Source of the DNA: Dehalococcoidia bacterium
GTDB taxonomy: Bacteria; Chloroflexota; Dehalococcoidia; UBA6926
Length of the DNA: 32,000 nt
Reading direction: 5' to 3'
Assembly (NCBI GenBank): GCA_963666115.2
Contig: CAXXET010000004.1
Span: forward strand, 339,208-371,207
The notes under the pieces were generated by a model. The model was not told the origin of the DNA. It was given only the letters and a program-made list of their open reading frames with translations, and made no database searches. This document shows, piece after piece, positions 1 to 7,125 of this stretch (positions within the stretch are counted from its first letter, which is position 1; every line of letters begins with the position of its first letter). Made by a program: the position numbers and the translations under genes.

Positions 1-55
1 TTCCGCCCAGGTGACGGAGTTTTTCGTACACGTCCGGCGCGCTCTTGATCAGCAT
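1..55 (-). CDS. 5' end of an unidentified gene running off the left edge (first 18 codons MLIKSAPDVYEKLRHLGG)
   Basis: ATG at 55-53 preceded by GGGAGG (rc of 62-67) at 6 nt spacing. The frame stays open to position 1. A consensus promoter and palindrome lie just upstream. Too short to assign a family. Confidence 0.45.
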   Translation of the reverse strand, partial: MLIKSAPDVYEKLRHLGG

Positions 56-71
56 GGCAGGCCTCCCTTAT

Positions 72-86
72 AGAAACATATGTTCT
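72..86 (-). promoter_or_regulatory. SOS-box-like palindrome AGAACATATGTTTCT (GAAC-N4-GTTT; Cheo-box type, one arm mismatch)
   Basis: Read on the minus strand it lies 2 nt downstream of the TATGAT -10 and upstream of the SD of the gene starting at 55. The core AACATATGTT is a perfect palindrome. Confidence 0.4.
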
Positions 87-88
87 AT

Positions 89-116
89 ATCATAGAGGAC
101 TCTCTGAGCCTGTCAA
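89..116 (-). promoter_or_regulatory. sigma-70-type promoter TTGACA-16 nt-TATGAT
   Basis: The rc of 111-116 is TTGACA and the rc of 89-94 is TATGAT, with a 16-nt spacer. Correctly placed upstream of the SD and ATG at 55. Confidence 0.55.
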
Positions 117-156
117 CCCCCTGTCAGGGTGAGCGGGGGGCACAATTGAGGCTTTA

Positions 157-204
157 GATTCTTCGCTGCGCTCAGAATGACATGAGGGCGGTTTCAGAAT
201 GACA
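157..204 (+). repeat. Repeat family A, copy A1 (GATTCTTCGCTGCGCTCAGAATGACA, 157-182) plus a partial second tail TCAGAATGACA (194-204)
   Basis: The identical 26-mer recurs at 4416, 23496 and 26128, all on the + strand. This copy is intergenic. Confidence 0.9.
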
Positions 205-213
205 TGGGGGCGG

Positions 214-1041
214 TTAGCGGAGGGTGTAGAGCCAGCCTTCGTCGTGGGCGAAGCCCTGTTGGGCGGGGTTTGGTTGGGTGAAGGCGTCGGGGTCGCGATG
301 CCATTGGAGGGCGCCGACCAGGTTGACGACGGCATCAAGGCAGTCGGCATTGGCGCGGGATGCCAGGCGGATGTGTTCCGGGAGGGGCGCGCCGATCCAC
401 TCTTCGAGCCGCGACAGGATTTCGTGGCGGCGCGACAGGCTGTTTTCGCCGTTCTTGTAGCCGACGCCTGAATCGGCGCGGGCGCGCAGGAGTTGACCGG
501 GCATCAGTTCGACGAGGGTCACGTCCCAGCGTGAGGAATTGGCTGGGAGGGGCGGAATGTGGAACCGGCCGCGGGCACGGGCCAAGAGCCGCCCGAGCAT
601 CGCCATGCCGTGGTAGGTCATCGGGACCATGTTTGGGTTGGTGACGTGGAGGGGGGAGAAGGCGGGGGCTGCATCGCTGGCGCGGCGGGGTTCGCCGTAG
701 GCGGCGACATACTCTCGCGCCACCTCTTCGAATTCGGCCTGGGGCGTGGTGGACATGCGGTCGCAGGAGTCCATGAGGCCCTCGCCCCACCTGATGAAGC
801 CTTGCGTGACGGCAAAGTCGGCCGGCAATCCGAAGGGGAAATCGAGGGCGGCGATGGCGGGGCCTTCGATGGTCAGCAGCATTTGTTCCAGATCGGCGCG
901 GCGGATGGGGAACGGGGTCTGCCACTCGATGCGGCCATCGTCGTCGCCGATGGCGGCCATAGCGATCCACGTGGCGTTATCGGCTTGGGAGCCGCTGAAG
1001 TCTACGCCGATGAGGGTGGTGGTTGGTGATGCTGTGGTCAT
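214..1041 (-). CDS. DUF429-like predicted RNase-H-fold nuclease (hypothetical)
   Basis: N-terminal LIGVDFSG and C-terminal NADCLDAVVNLVGAL resemble the two acidic motifs of DUF429 proteins. I prefer the ATG at 1041 over the TTG at 1059. Family assignment is from memory of motifs only. Confidence 0.55.
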   Translation of the reverse strand: MTTASPTTTLIGVDFSGSQADNATWIAMAAIGDDDGRIEWQTPFPIRRADLEQMLLTIEGPAIAALDFPFGLPADFAVTQGFIRWGEGLMDSCDRMSTTPQAEFEEVAREYVAAYGEPRRASDAAPAFSPLHVTNPNMVPMTYHGMAMLGRLLARARGRFHIPPLPANSSRWDVTLVELMPGQLLRARADSGVGYKNGENSLSRRHEILSRLEEWIGAPLPEHIRLASRANADCLDAVVNLVGALQWHRDPDAFTQPNPAQQGFAHDEGWLYTLR

Positions 1042-1130
1042 GCCGCCATTATGGCGCAAGTGGTTGTAGGACGCGACAGGGGAGGCGAAATCACGCGGTC
1101 CTTAAGCTGGGGGCGGTGTGTATTTTGCGA

Positions 1131-1136
1131 TATAAT
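1131..1136 (+). promoter_or_regulatory. -10 box TATAAT exactly 6 nt upstream of the ATG at 1143 (leaderless-type arrangement)
   Basis: gcgaTATAATcccccaATG. No Shine-Dalgarno lies between the box and the start. Confidence 0.45.
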
Positions 1137-1142
1137 CCCCCA

Positions 1143-1613
1143 ATGAATAAGAACGCCCTCATTCCGTACCTCCTCCTCTTTATCGCCATTGTGGCGCTTG
1201 CCATCTGGACGGTCTTCCACACCGTTCAGATCGCCCAGATAGACCAACTGGAAGAGAACGTGGAGGCGAATTCGGCGGCGGTAGCTGCGATTCCCTCGCC
1301 CGTTCCGACGGCCACAGCCGTTCCGACTGCGACGCCGGCGCCGACCTCGACACCCATGCCGACCGCAACCCCGGCCGTACAGGAGAACGTCACCACCCCG
1401 ACGGCTACGCCCCCGTCCGGCGATGACCTTGTTGACTCTCTCCCTCTGGAGGAGCAACTGGAGTTAGGTTGCCAAGTTTTGTTGGTCATGCGCGACCAAA
1501 ACCAGGATGTGAAGAACATGTTTCTGCTGGAGACCGGCCTCACACTGGATGAGTTCAGAGACGGAGTTTTCTGGTGCGAGTTGTTTGGCCCCACGTCTCT
1601 ACAGGATGAGTGA
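1143..1613 (+). CDS. Membrane-anchored hypothetical protein with a Pro/Thr/Ala-rich linker
   Basis: MNKNALIPYLLLFIAIVALAIW signal anchor, then PSPVPTATAVPTATPAPTSTPMPTATPA, then an approximately 70-aa C-terminal domain with 2 Cys. The track ORF 1023-1613 is trimmed to the ATG at 1143. Confidence 0.6.
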   Translation: MNKNALIPYLLLFIAIVALAIWTVFHTVQIAQIDQLEENVEANSAAVAAIPSPVPTATAVPTATPAPTSTPMPTATPAVQENVTTPTATPPSGDDLVDSLPLEEQLELGCQVLLVMRDQNQDVKNMFLLETGLTLDEFRDGVFWCELFGPTSLQDE

Positions 1614-1835
1614 TGGCCGGTCAAGCCGGGGGCGAGGGGCTGAGGGAGAGCGTGCCCATGAGAGAGCGCGAGACCCACCTTGCGGTCGAACAGGAAGGGA
1701 ACGTCGTCGCCCTGCTGTGCTGAGCGCGTTCGGGGGTGCTCTGTCACGCTTCGGGGGAGTAGCCCTTTCAATTGGTGGCCAGACAGAGATGGGAGCGCAT
1801 CACAGACGCGCAGATGCGTTAGGAGCTAGGCAAGA

Positions 1836-2033
1836 ATGAAGCAGGGCATGGCGATAATTCGATCCGTTGCGGCTCAACTGAGAACTGATCTGGGCAAACT
1901 GAGGGCTGAACTTGCAGAGTTGCGCAAGGTCTCTGCGAAAGACCCCCGCAGGGGGTTCAGCATCAACTTCATGCTGGCCCTGACGGTCTTTTGCGCTCAT
2001 TACGTTTTTGACCTGGGGGTTCGACTACGTTGA
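1836..2033 (+). CDS. Small hypothetical protein, possibly the N-terminal part of the next ORF (frameshift at a T5 run)
   Basis: ATG with TAGGAG upstream. Coiled-coil-like N-terminus then a hydrophobic tail. Overlaps the 2008 ORF in the +1 frame at TTTTT 2005-2009. Confidence 0.35.
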   Translation: MKQGMAIIRSVAAQLRTDLGKLRAELAELRKVSAKDPRRGFSINFMLALTVFCAHYVFDLGVRLR

Positions 2034-2763
2034 CGGACTATACGATAGGATCTTGGTGACTCTCGTTGCCCCGCTGTTTCCTGTGTCGGCGTTCATTGAA
2101 GCGGTCCGCCAGAAAGGTGGCGGCCATGAGTTTCCTTGGATCACGTTCAGTTTTGTGATAATGGTGGGCCTGGTTGCGCTTATGGCAATCGGCGTGCGAG
2201 AGAATTTCGATGCAGTGGTACTCAACGGAGCAGTACTGTATGTATCATTCCCATGGCTATTGATGGTCATACCCATGGTTCGACAGAAGAGGATACTGGC
2301 AGTTGGAATAATTCCAGGCGGGATTATATTGCTCTTGTATTTCACTACGGTCATATTCCCAGAAAGTGTAGATTTGAACGTCGCACTGCTTCCTTTGGCT
2401 CCAGTAGCGATAATCGTCGCTCTCTGGGCACTGCCACTCTGGATTCTATTCAAGGGGGTCGACAGGTGGCACGGACGTCCCATCTCGGGTCCAGGCATTG
2501 AGAGCGTCGCAATGTTCTTTTTGGCTGCACCCGTCGTGGTATCCGCGATGTTGGTCGTCAAAGCGTCTACCGATAACGACACTATGGTTGCGATCATCGG
2601 CGTACTTACCAGCCTTGTATTTAGCAGCGCAGTATCTGTGCCGTTCAGGGAGTTTCTCCGCGATCTGGGGAATCTCTCGGGGAATGACACCGCTCTGGAA
2701 GACGGCGAAGATGGTCAAGGCCATGGCGACGCGGCTGACAATGCGCACGATCGTCAGCGTTAA
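2008..2763 (+). CDS. Polytopic membrane protein, unknown function (low-GC islet)
   Basis: Six or more hydrophobic segments and an acidic C-terminal tail. Visibly lower GC than the flanks. The start is only a TTG, so it is uncertain. Confidence 0.55.
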   Translation: MTWGFDYVDGLYDRILVTLVAPLFPVSAFIEAVRQKGGGHEFPWITFSFVIMVGLVALMAIGVRENFDAVVLNGAVLYVSFPWLLMVIPMVRQKRILAVGIIPGGIILLLYFTTVIFPESVDLNVALLPLAPVAIIVALWALPLWILFKGVDRWHGRPISGPGIESVAMFFLAAPVVVSAMLVVKASTDNDTMVAIIGVLTSLVFSSAVSVPFREFLRDLGNLSGNDTALEDGEDGQGHGDAADNAHDRQR

Positions 2764-2769
2764 CGAGCA

Positions 2770-2804
2770 CCCCTCACCCTAACCCTCTCCCAGAGGGAGA
2801 GGGG
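2770..2804 (+). repeat. Repeat family C, copy C1 (CCCCTCACCCTAACCCTCTCCCAGAGGGAGAGGGGA)
   Basis: Near-identical element at 14971-15006. Contains a 9-bp hairpin CCCTCTCCC/GGGAGAGGG. Confidence 0.85.
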
Positions 2805-2810
2805 ATTTTC
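2783..2810 (+). terminator. Candidate intrinsic terminator formed by repeat C1
   Basis: A 9-bp GC-rich stem (2783-2791 / 2795-2803) with a 3-nt loop, followed by GATTTTC. Lies about 20 nt after the stop codon at 2761-2763. Confidence 0.45.
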
Positions 2811-2848
2811 TGGGTGTCGTTACTCGGTTGGATTACACTACGAGTTCT

Positions 2849-2873
2849 GGATTCCCGCTTTCGCGGGCAAGAC
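2849..2873 (+). repeat. Repeat family B, copy B1 (GGATTCCCGCTTTCGCGGGCAAGAC, degenerate tail)
   Basis: Family consensus is GGATTCCCGCTTTCGCGGGAATGAC, with hairpin TTCCCGC-TTTC-GCGGGAA. Confidence 0.85.
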
Positions 2874-2913
2874 GAGGCTGCTGGCCGGAACGAGGGGCAT
2901 GTGCATATCAAGA

Positions 2914-3168
2914 TTAATCATCCGGTTCCCACCACACGCCTGTGGGCGTAGTTTCGTCCTTGATCTCCGGCTTGCCCCGGAGGATTCGGTACGGGTCTGA
3001 GTTGTGCAGGTGTTCGTCCGGCCGGCTATCCGTGGAATCGCCTGTGTTATGGGGGAGGACGCGGGCGATGGGCTTGCCGCCATCTGTCACGATCAGGCCG
3101 TCCGTGTCCAGTTCGCTGAGCAGCGCGAGACACTCGTCTTGGAACTGCGAGGTTTCGATTGTCTTCAT
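2914..3168 (-). CDS. Phd/YefM-VapB-like type II antitoxin, with no adjacent toxin gene
   Basis: MKTIETSQFQDECLALLSELDTDGLIVTDGGKPIARVLP matches the typical prevent-host-death N-terminal domain. The C-terminal ILRGKPEIKD...WWEPDD resembles the toxin-binding tail. AGGAG lies 7 nt before the ATG. Confidence 0.6.
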   Translation of the reverse strand: MKTIETSQFQDECLALLSELDTDGLIVTDGGKPIARVLPHNTGDSTDSRPDEHLHNSDPYRILRGKPEIKDETTPTGVWWEPDD

Positions 3169-3201
3169 TGCGATGCTCCTGTTCGGGCAGGGCGGTTGCT
3201 T

Positions 3202-5646
3202 CTATCTCAGCGCGTCGGCGGCGGCGAGTTCGCGGGTTTCTTCCTGGCCGATGCCGAGAATCTCGGTGAGGATGGCGTCCGTGTGTTCGTTGAGCATGGG
3301 GGCTCGGCGGAGTTCGCCTGCGTATTCGCCGTTGACTTGCCAGGGGACTTTGGCGGTGCGGCGCGGGCCTGCCTCCGGGTGGTCGATTGTGGCGAAGAAG
3401 TTTCGCGCTTGGGGGTGGGGGTGTTCGACTACTTCCAGCGGGTCGAGGATGGGGGCGGCGGAGACGCCGACGGCGGCGAGTTCATCGGCCATGGTGTATT
3501 TGTCTCGCGACTTTGTCCACGCGGCGATGATGTCATCGAGCGCGGCCTCGTTCTGCTTGCGGGATTCAGGGGTGGCAAAGCGGCTATCGTTGGCAAGGTC
3601 GTTGATGGCGCTGGACAAGCCAGTCCATTCGGAATCAGTGCGGGCGGTTATGGCAATCCATTGGTCGTCACCGTTGGCGGGGTAGATGTTGTGGGGGGCG
3701 TGGAGGGGGTGGTGGGAGCCATCGCGTTGGGGCGTGTAGCTGCCCGTGGCGCGGGCGACCATCGGCTCCGTGATGAGCGTCATGAGGGCTTCGGTCATTG
3801 CGACGTCGACATGATGCCCCATGCCGGTGCGGCGGCGGTCGTGGAGCGCGGTCAGCGTGGCCATGGCGGCGTAGGTGGCGGAGACGACGTCCGGGAAGTA
3901 GGAGCCGAGCAGCCGCTGGTGGCCGCCTGCGTAGCCGGTGACGTCCGTGAGGCCGCAGAAGGCGTTGATGATGCTGTGGAGGCCGCTGTAGTCCTTGAGG
4001 GGGCCGCTCCTGCCAAAGGCGGCGACAGACGTGTAGATGACACGGGGGTTGAGGGGGGCGATGTCTTCATAGCCGAGTCCCCACCGCTCCATGAGGCCGG
4101 TGGAGAAGTTCTCAAGCACGATGTCCGCGGACGCACACAGGCGGCGGGCAACGCCCCTGCCCTCTTCGGTCCGGAGGTTGATGGGGATGGCGCGCTTGCC
4201 CATGCTGAGCGTGTTGTAGGCGCCGGCGCGGTTCATGCCGGGAATCTCATTGGCGAACGGGGGCGAGTTGCGGAAATCGGCGGGGTTCTCACGGCTCTCA
4301 ACCTGGATGACGTCCGCGCCGAGGGCGGCGAGCCACTTGGCGCAGTACGGGATGGCGATGTATTGGCCGAAGTCAATGACGCGGATGCCTTTCAGGGGGA
4401 GGGAGGGGGTGGGAGGATTCTTCGCTGCGCTCAGAATGACATCGTTTGCGTCAGTGGCATTGTTTGCGCCGTTGACTGATGTTGGCGCGGGGACGGAACC
4501 ATCGGCCTCCGGCTTGCCGGATTCGTTGCGGGGGTAGCCGGTGAGGATGAACGGCGCGCCGGTGAAAGGGACTTCCTGGCCGTCCTGCGTGGCAACCGCG
4601 CGGATGAAACGGCGCTCGCGGACGTGTTCGTGGGTCAGAACCTGGTCGAGGGTCGTGGACCAGAACGCGGGGATGTTGCGGGCTTGCAGCTCTTCTGTGA
4701 TTTCCTTGCCGGTACGCTCCATCGTCCAGTTGGTCATCAGGACGCTGACGACGTCCCAGTTCATGGCGCGCTTCGTGCCATCGTCGAAGTCCTCCGTGTA
4801 GGCCCACTCCGGGCTGCCCATGACCTCGGCGAACTGCTCCCAGTGGCGGGCGCTCATGGCGACGATGACGATCCAGCCGTCCTTGCACTCGATGTAGCAG
4901 TTGGGCTGGCGGGCAAGGATGTTGGGGCCGCGATCAAGCACACGCTCCAGGTATTCGCGCTGCAGAACGGGGTGGTAGTTGAGGGCGGTGACGGCCTCGA
5001 GTTCGGAGAGTTCGATGCGCGTGCCGGTGACGCCCGGCCCTGTTCCGTTGCCACTGCCGGATTCCGCGTAGAGCGTGGCGAGCGTGGCGACGACGCCGAC
5101 TGCGCCGGCCATGAGCGATGGGACGGACGCGCCGGTGGGCATGAGCGGCGGTTCATTGGGGAGATCATAGGTGGTGTCCGGCGGGCCGGGGGTGGTCCAC
5201 GCCATGCCGCAGAGCGACCACGTTGCGAGATCGCTGGGCGGGAGGTTCGCAAGCGGGCCGTCCGCGCCGTAGGGCGTGAGAGAGACGACGGTCAGATGGG
5301 GGTAGCGGGCGTGGATGGCGTCCCAATCAAGGAAGGAGTTGTCACCGTCGAACAGGCCAACGTCCTCGATGAGGATGTCCTGCCCATCAAGGGCTGCGAC
5401 CAGGGATTCCGGCGTGACGGTTTCGGCGTCAGTGTCAGAGCGGTGGGACTTGTTGGCGTTGAGGGAGCGGTGGAGCATGGGGTCCCATTCCGGCATTTCG
5501 CGTCCCTTGAGGCGGACGTAGAGGTTCCTCATGCGGCGGACGCGGTCGACGTCCGCGCCAAGCTCGCCGAGGAGGCGGGCGGCGTAGGCTCCGGCGAACG
5601 ATGCGGTGACATCGACAACTCGCAGATGCGACAGCGGACCTGACAT
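3202..5646 (-). CDS. Tandem-fused double family-III CoA-transferase (two CaiB/BaiF domains in one 814-aa chain)
   Basis: Domain 1 begins LRVVDVTASFAGAYAARLLGELGADV. Domain 2 begins LKGIRVIDFGQYIAIPYCAKWLAALGADVIQVE and shows ...NLRTEEGRGVARRLCASADIVLENF. AAGGGGG SD precedes the ATG at 5646. Confidence 0.8.
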   Translation of the reverse strand: MSGPLSHLRVVDVTASFAGAYAARLLGELGADVDRVRRMRNLYVRLKGREMPEWDPMLHRSLNANKSHRSDTDAETVTPESLVAALDGQDILIEDVGLFDGDNSFLDWDAIHARYPHLTVVSLTPYGADGPLANLPPSDLATWSLCGMAWTTPGPPDTTYDLPNEPPLMPTGASVPSLMAGAVGVVATLATLYAESGSGNGTGPGVTGTRIELSELEAVTALNYHPVLQREYLERVLDRGPNILARQPNCYIECKDGWIVIVAMSARHWEQFAEVMGSPEWAYTEDFDDGTKRAMNWDVVSVLMTNWTMERTGKEITEELQARNIPAFWSTTLDQVLTHEHVRERRFIRAVATQDGQEVPFTGAPFILTGYPRNESGKPEADGSVPAPTSVNGANNATDANDVILSAAKNPPTPSLPLKGIRVIDFGQYIAIPYCAKWLAALGADVIQVESRENPADFRNSPPFANEIPGMNRAGAYNTLSMGKRAIPINLRTEEGRGVARRLCASADIVLENFSTGLMERWGLGYEDIAPLNPRVIYTSVAAFGRSGPLKDYSGLHSIINAFCGLTDVTGYAGGHQRLLGSYFPDVVSATYAAMATLTALHDRRRTGMGHHVDVAMTEALMTLITEPMVARATGSYTPQRDGSHHPLHAPHNIYPANGDDQWIAITARTDSEWTGLSSAINDLANDSRFATPESRKQNEAALDDIIAAWTKSRDKYTMADELAAVGVSAAPILDPLEVVEHPHPQARNFFATIDHPEAGPRRTAKVPWQVNGEYAGELRRAPMLNEHTDAILTEILGIGQEETRELAAADALR
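4416..4441 (+). repeat. Repeat family A, copy A2, inside the CoA-transferase inter-domain linker
   Basis: Identical 26-mer. On the coding (minus) strand it is translated in frame as VILSAAKN. Confidence 0.9.
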
Positions 5647-5680
5647 AGCGCCCCCTTTGGCCGGTTGGTTACATCGCGGC

Positions 5681-7051
5681 CTACCCTACTGAACGATAAA
5701 TATAGCGTCCGTTGGCGGGGGATGCCACAATTTGGCCGTCCTGGGAGACGGTTTGGCCGCGGATGAGGGTGCGAATCGGCCAGCCGGTGTACTCCATGCC
5801 CTCGTAGATGGAGTAGTCGGCGCGGCCCTGCAGGCCGTCAATGGTGACGGTACGGGTTTCGTCGAGATCGATGATGGCGATGTCGGCGTCCGCGCCGACC
5901 TGGAGTGAGCCCTTTTGCGGCCACATGTTGAAGATCTGGGCGACGTTGGCGGATGTCACTTCCGCGACGCGCTCAAGAGGCAGGCCGCGCTCCAGGACGC
6001 CGTCATTGAGCAGGACGGGCAGTAGCATCGGCATGTTGGGCTGTCCCGGCGACGCGCTCCAGATTGTGCCCTGCTTGCGGTCGCCGAGGCGGGCGGCGTG
6101 GTCTGAGCCGATGGTATCGACGGTGCCGTCCGCGATGGCTTCCCACAGCGCATCCTGGTCATCGGGGCTGCGGAGGGGCGGGTTTTGCTTGCCAAATGTG
6201 CCGACGGGCGAGTCGTAGGTGTGGGAGAGGTAGTGGGGGCAGGTTTCGATGTAGACGCTGCCGCCCAGGGCGCGGAAATCACGCGCCGCCTCAAGCGTTT
6301 CGGCAGAGGTTGTATGCACGACGTATGGCGTGGAGCCGGTTTCGCGTCCAAAGAGCATGACGCGGACAGCGGCCTCGGCCTCCGTGAACGGCGGGCGCGA
6401 CTCATGCCACGCCTTGAGGTCATCCCTGCCCGACTCTTCCAGGCGCTTGCGGATGGACCACACGACTTCGATGTTCTCCGTGTGGACGCAGAGGACGGTT
6501 CCGGGGCGCTGGCCGAGCTTTTCAAAGATCTCGTACATCAGGCCGTCGTCGATAGGGGGCAGGCCGATGTACGCGCCTTCTTCGCCGCGGAAGCTCATGA
6601 AGAACTTGAAGCTGGTGATGCCGAACTCGTCCACGTAGCGGTCGATTTCCGCCAGCTGCTCACGCGTGGAGATGATGGCGTGGAGGGCGTAGTCGATCAG
6701 GCTCTGGGAATCGCCCCACTCGCGGTACTGCTGGTATTCGGCCTCGTAGGGGTCGTTGGACATCAGGAAGTGGATGAGGGTTGTGATGCCGTGGAGGGCG
6801 GCGGCGCGGGTTTCGGTGTCAAAAGCGGTTGCGGCGTCGCCGAGGTTCAGGTGGGTGTGGGGATCGATGACGCCGGGGATGATGAATTTTCCGCGGGCGT
6901 CTATGAATTGCCTGGCGTCGACGTCAGCACCGGGGTCGAGGTGGGCGGCGATACGACCGTCCGTGATAGCGAGATCGATACGGCGCTGGCCGCCGCCGTA
7001 GGGGAGGACGACTTCGGCACCGTGTATGAGTGTGTCGAATGCGAATGGCAT
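5681..7051 (-). CDS. Hydantoinase/dihydropyrimidinase-family cyclic amidohydrolase
   Basis: Metal-ligand pattern is DPHTH, then ITSFKFFM (the lysine expected to be carbamylated), CVHTEN, VVHTTS and GSDHAA. Length is 456 aa. GGAGAG SD is present. Confidence 0.85.
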   Translation of the reverse strand: MPFAFDTLIHGAEVVLPYGGGQRRIDLAITDGRIAAHLDPGADVDARQFIDARGKFIIPGVIDPHTHLNLGDAATAFDTETRAAALHGITTLIHFLMSNDPYEAEYQQYREWGDSQSLIDYALHAIISTREQLAEIDRYVDEFGITSFKFFMSFRGEEGAYIGLPPIDDGLMYEIFEKLGQRPGTVLCVHTENIEVVWSIRKRLEESGRDDLKAWHESRPPFTEAEAAVRVMLFGRETGSTPYVVHTTSAETLEAARDFRALGGSVYIETCPHYLSHTYDSPVGTFGKQNPPLRSPDDQDALWEAIADGTVDTIGSDHAARLGDRKQGTIWSASPGQPNMPMLLPVLLNDGVLERGLPLERVAEVTSANVAQIFNMWPQKGSLQVGADADIAIIDLDETRTVTIDGLQGRADYSIYEGMEYTGWPIRTLIRGQTVSQDGQIVASPANGRYIYRSVG

Positions 7052-7125
7052 AAAGACTCTCCGTTTGTCTTGTCCCGTTCGGGTGGCGTTAGAGGAATGA
7101 TAGCGGTTTGCGGAGAGTCAGGGGG

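Noticed and set aside
1226-1771. 181-aa minus-strand ORF in the 1143-1835 region
   Set aside because: It is mostly antisense to the better-supported membrane-anchored protein gene. Its composition is Ser/Gly/Val-rich with no start context. The 1614-1835 spacer remains unassigned.
2838-3083. 81-aa minus-strand ORF as a candidate toxin partner of the antitoxin
   Set aside because: It overlaps the antitoxin CDS in another frame, ends inside repeat B1 (…LPAKAGIQNS is repeat-derived), and has no PIN, Doc or RelE-like features.
3004-4479. 491-aa + strand ORF (also 4624-5643, 6185-7279, 15642-16622, 26203-27144 and 11526-12296 on +; 30079-31560 and 31539-32000 on -)
   Set aside because: All lie antisense to genes with clear family signatures. 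Their products are Gly/Ala/Arg/Val-rich low-complexity strings typical of the open antisense frame in GC-rich DNA. None has an SD or recognisable motifs.
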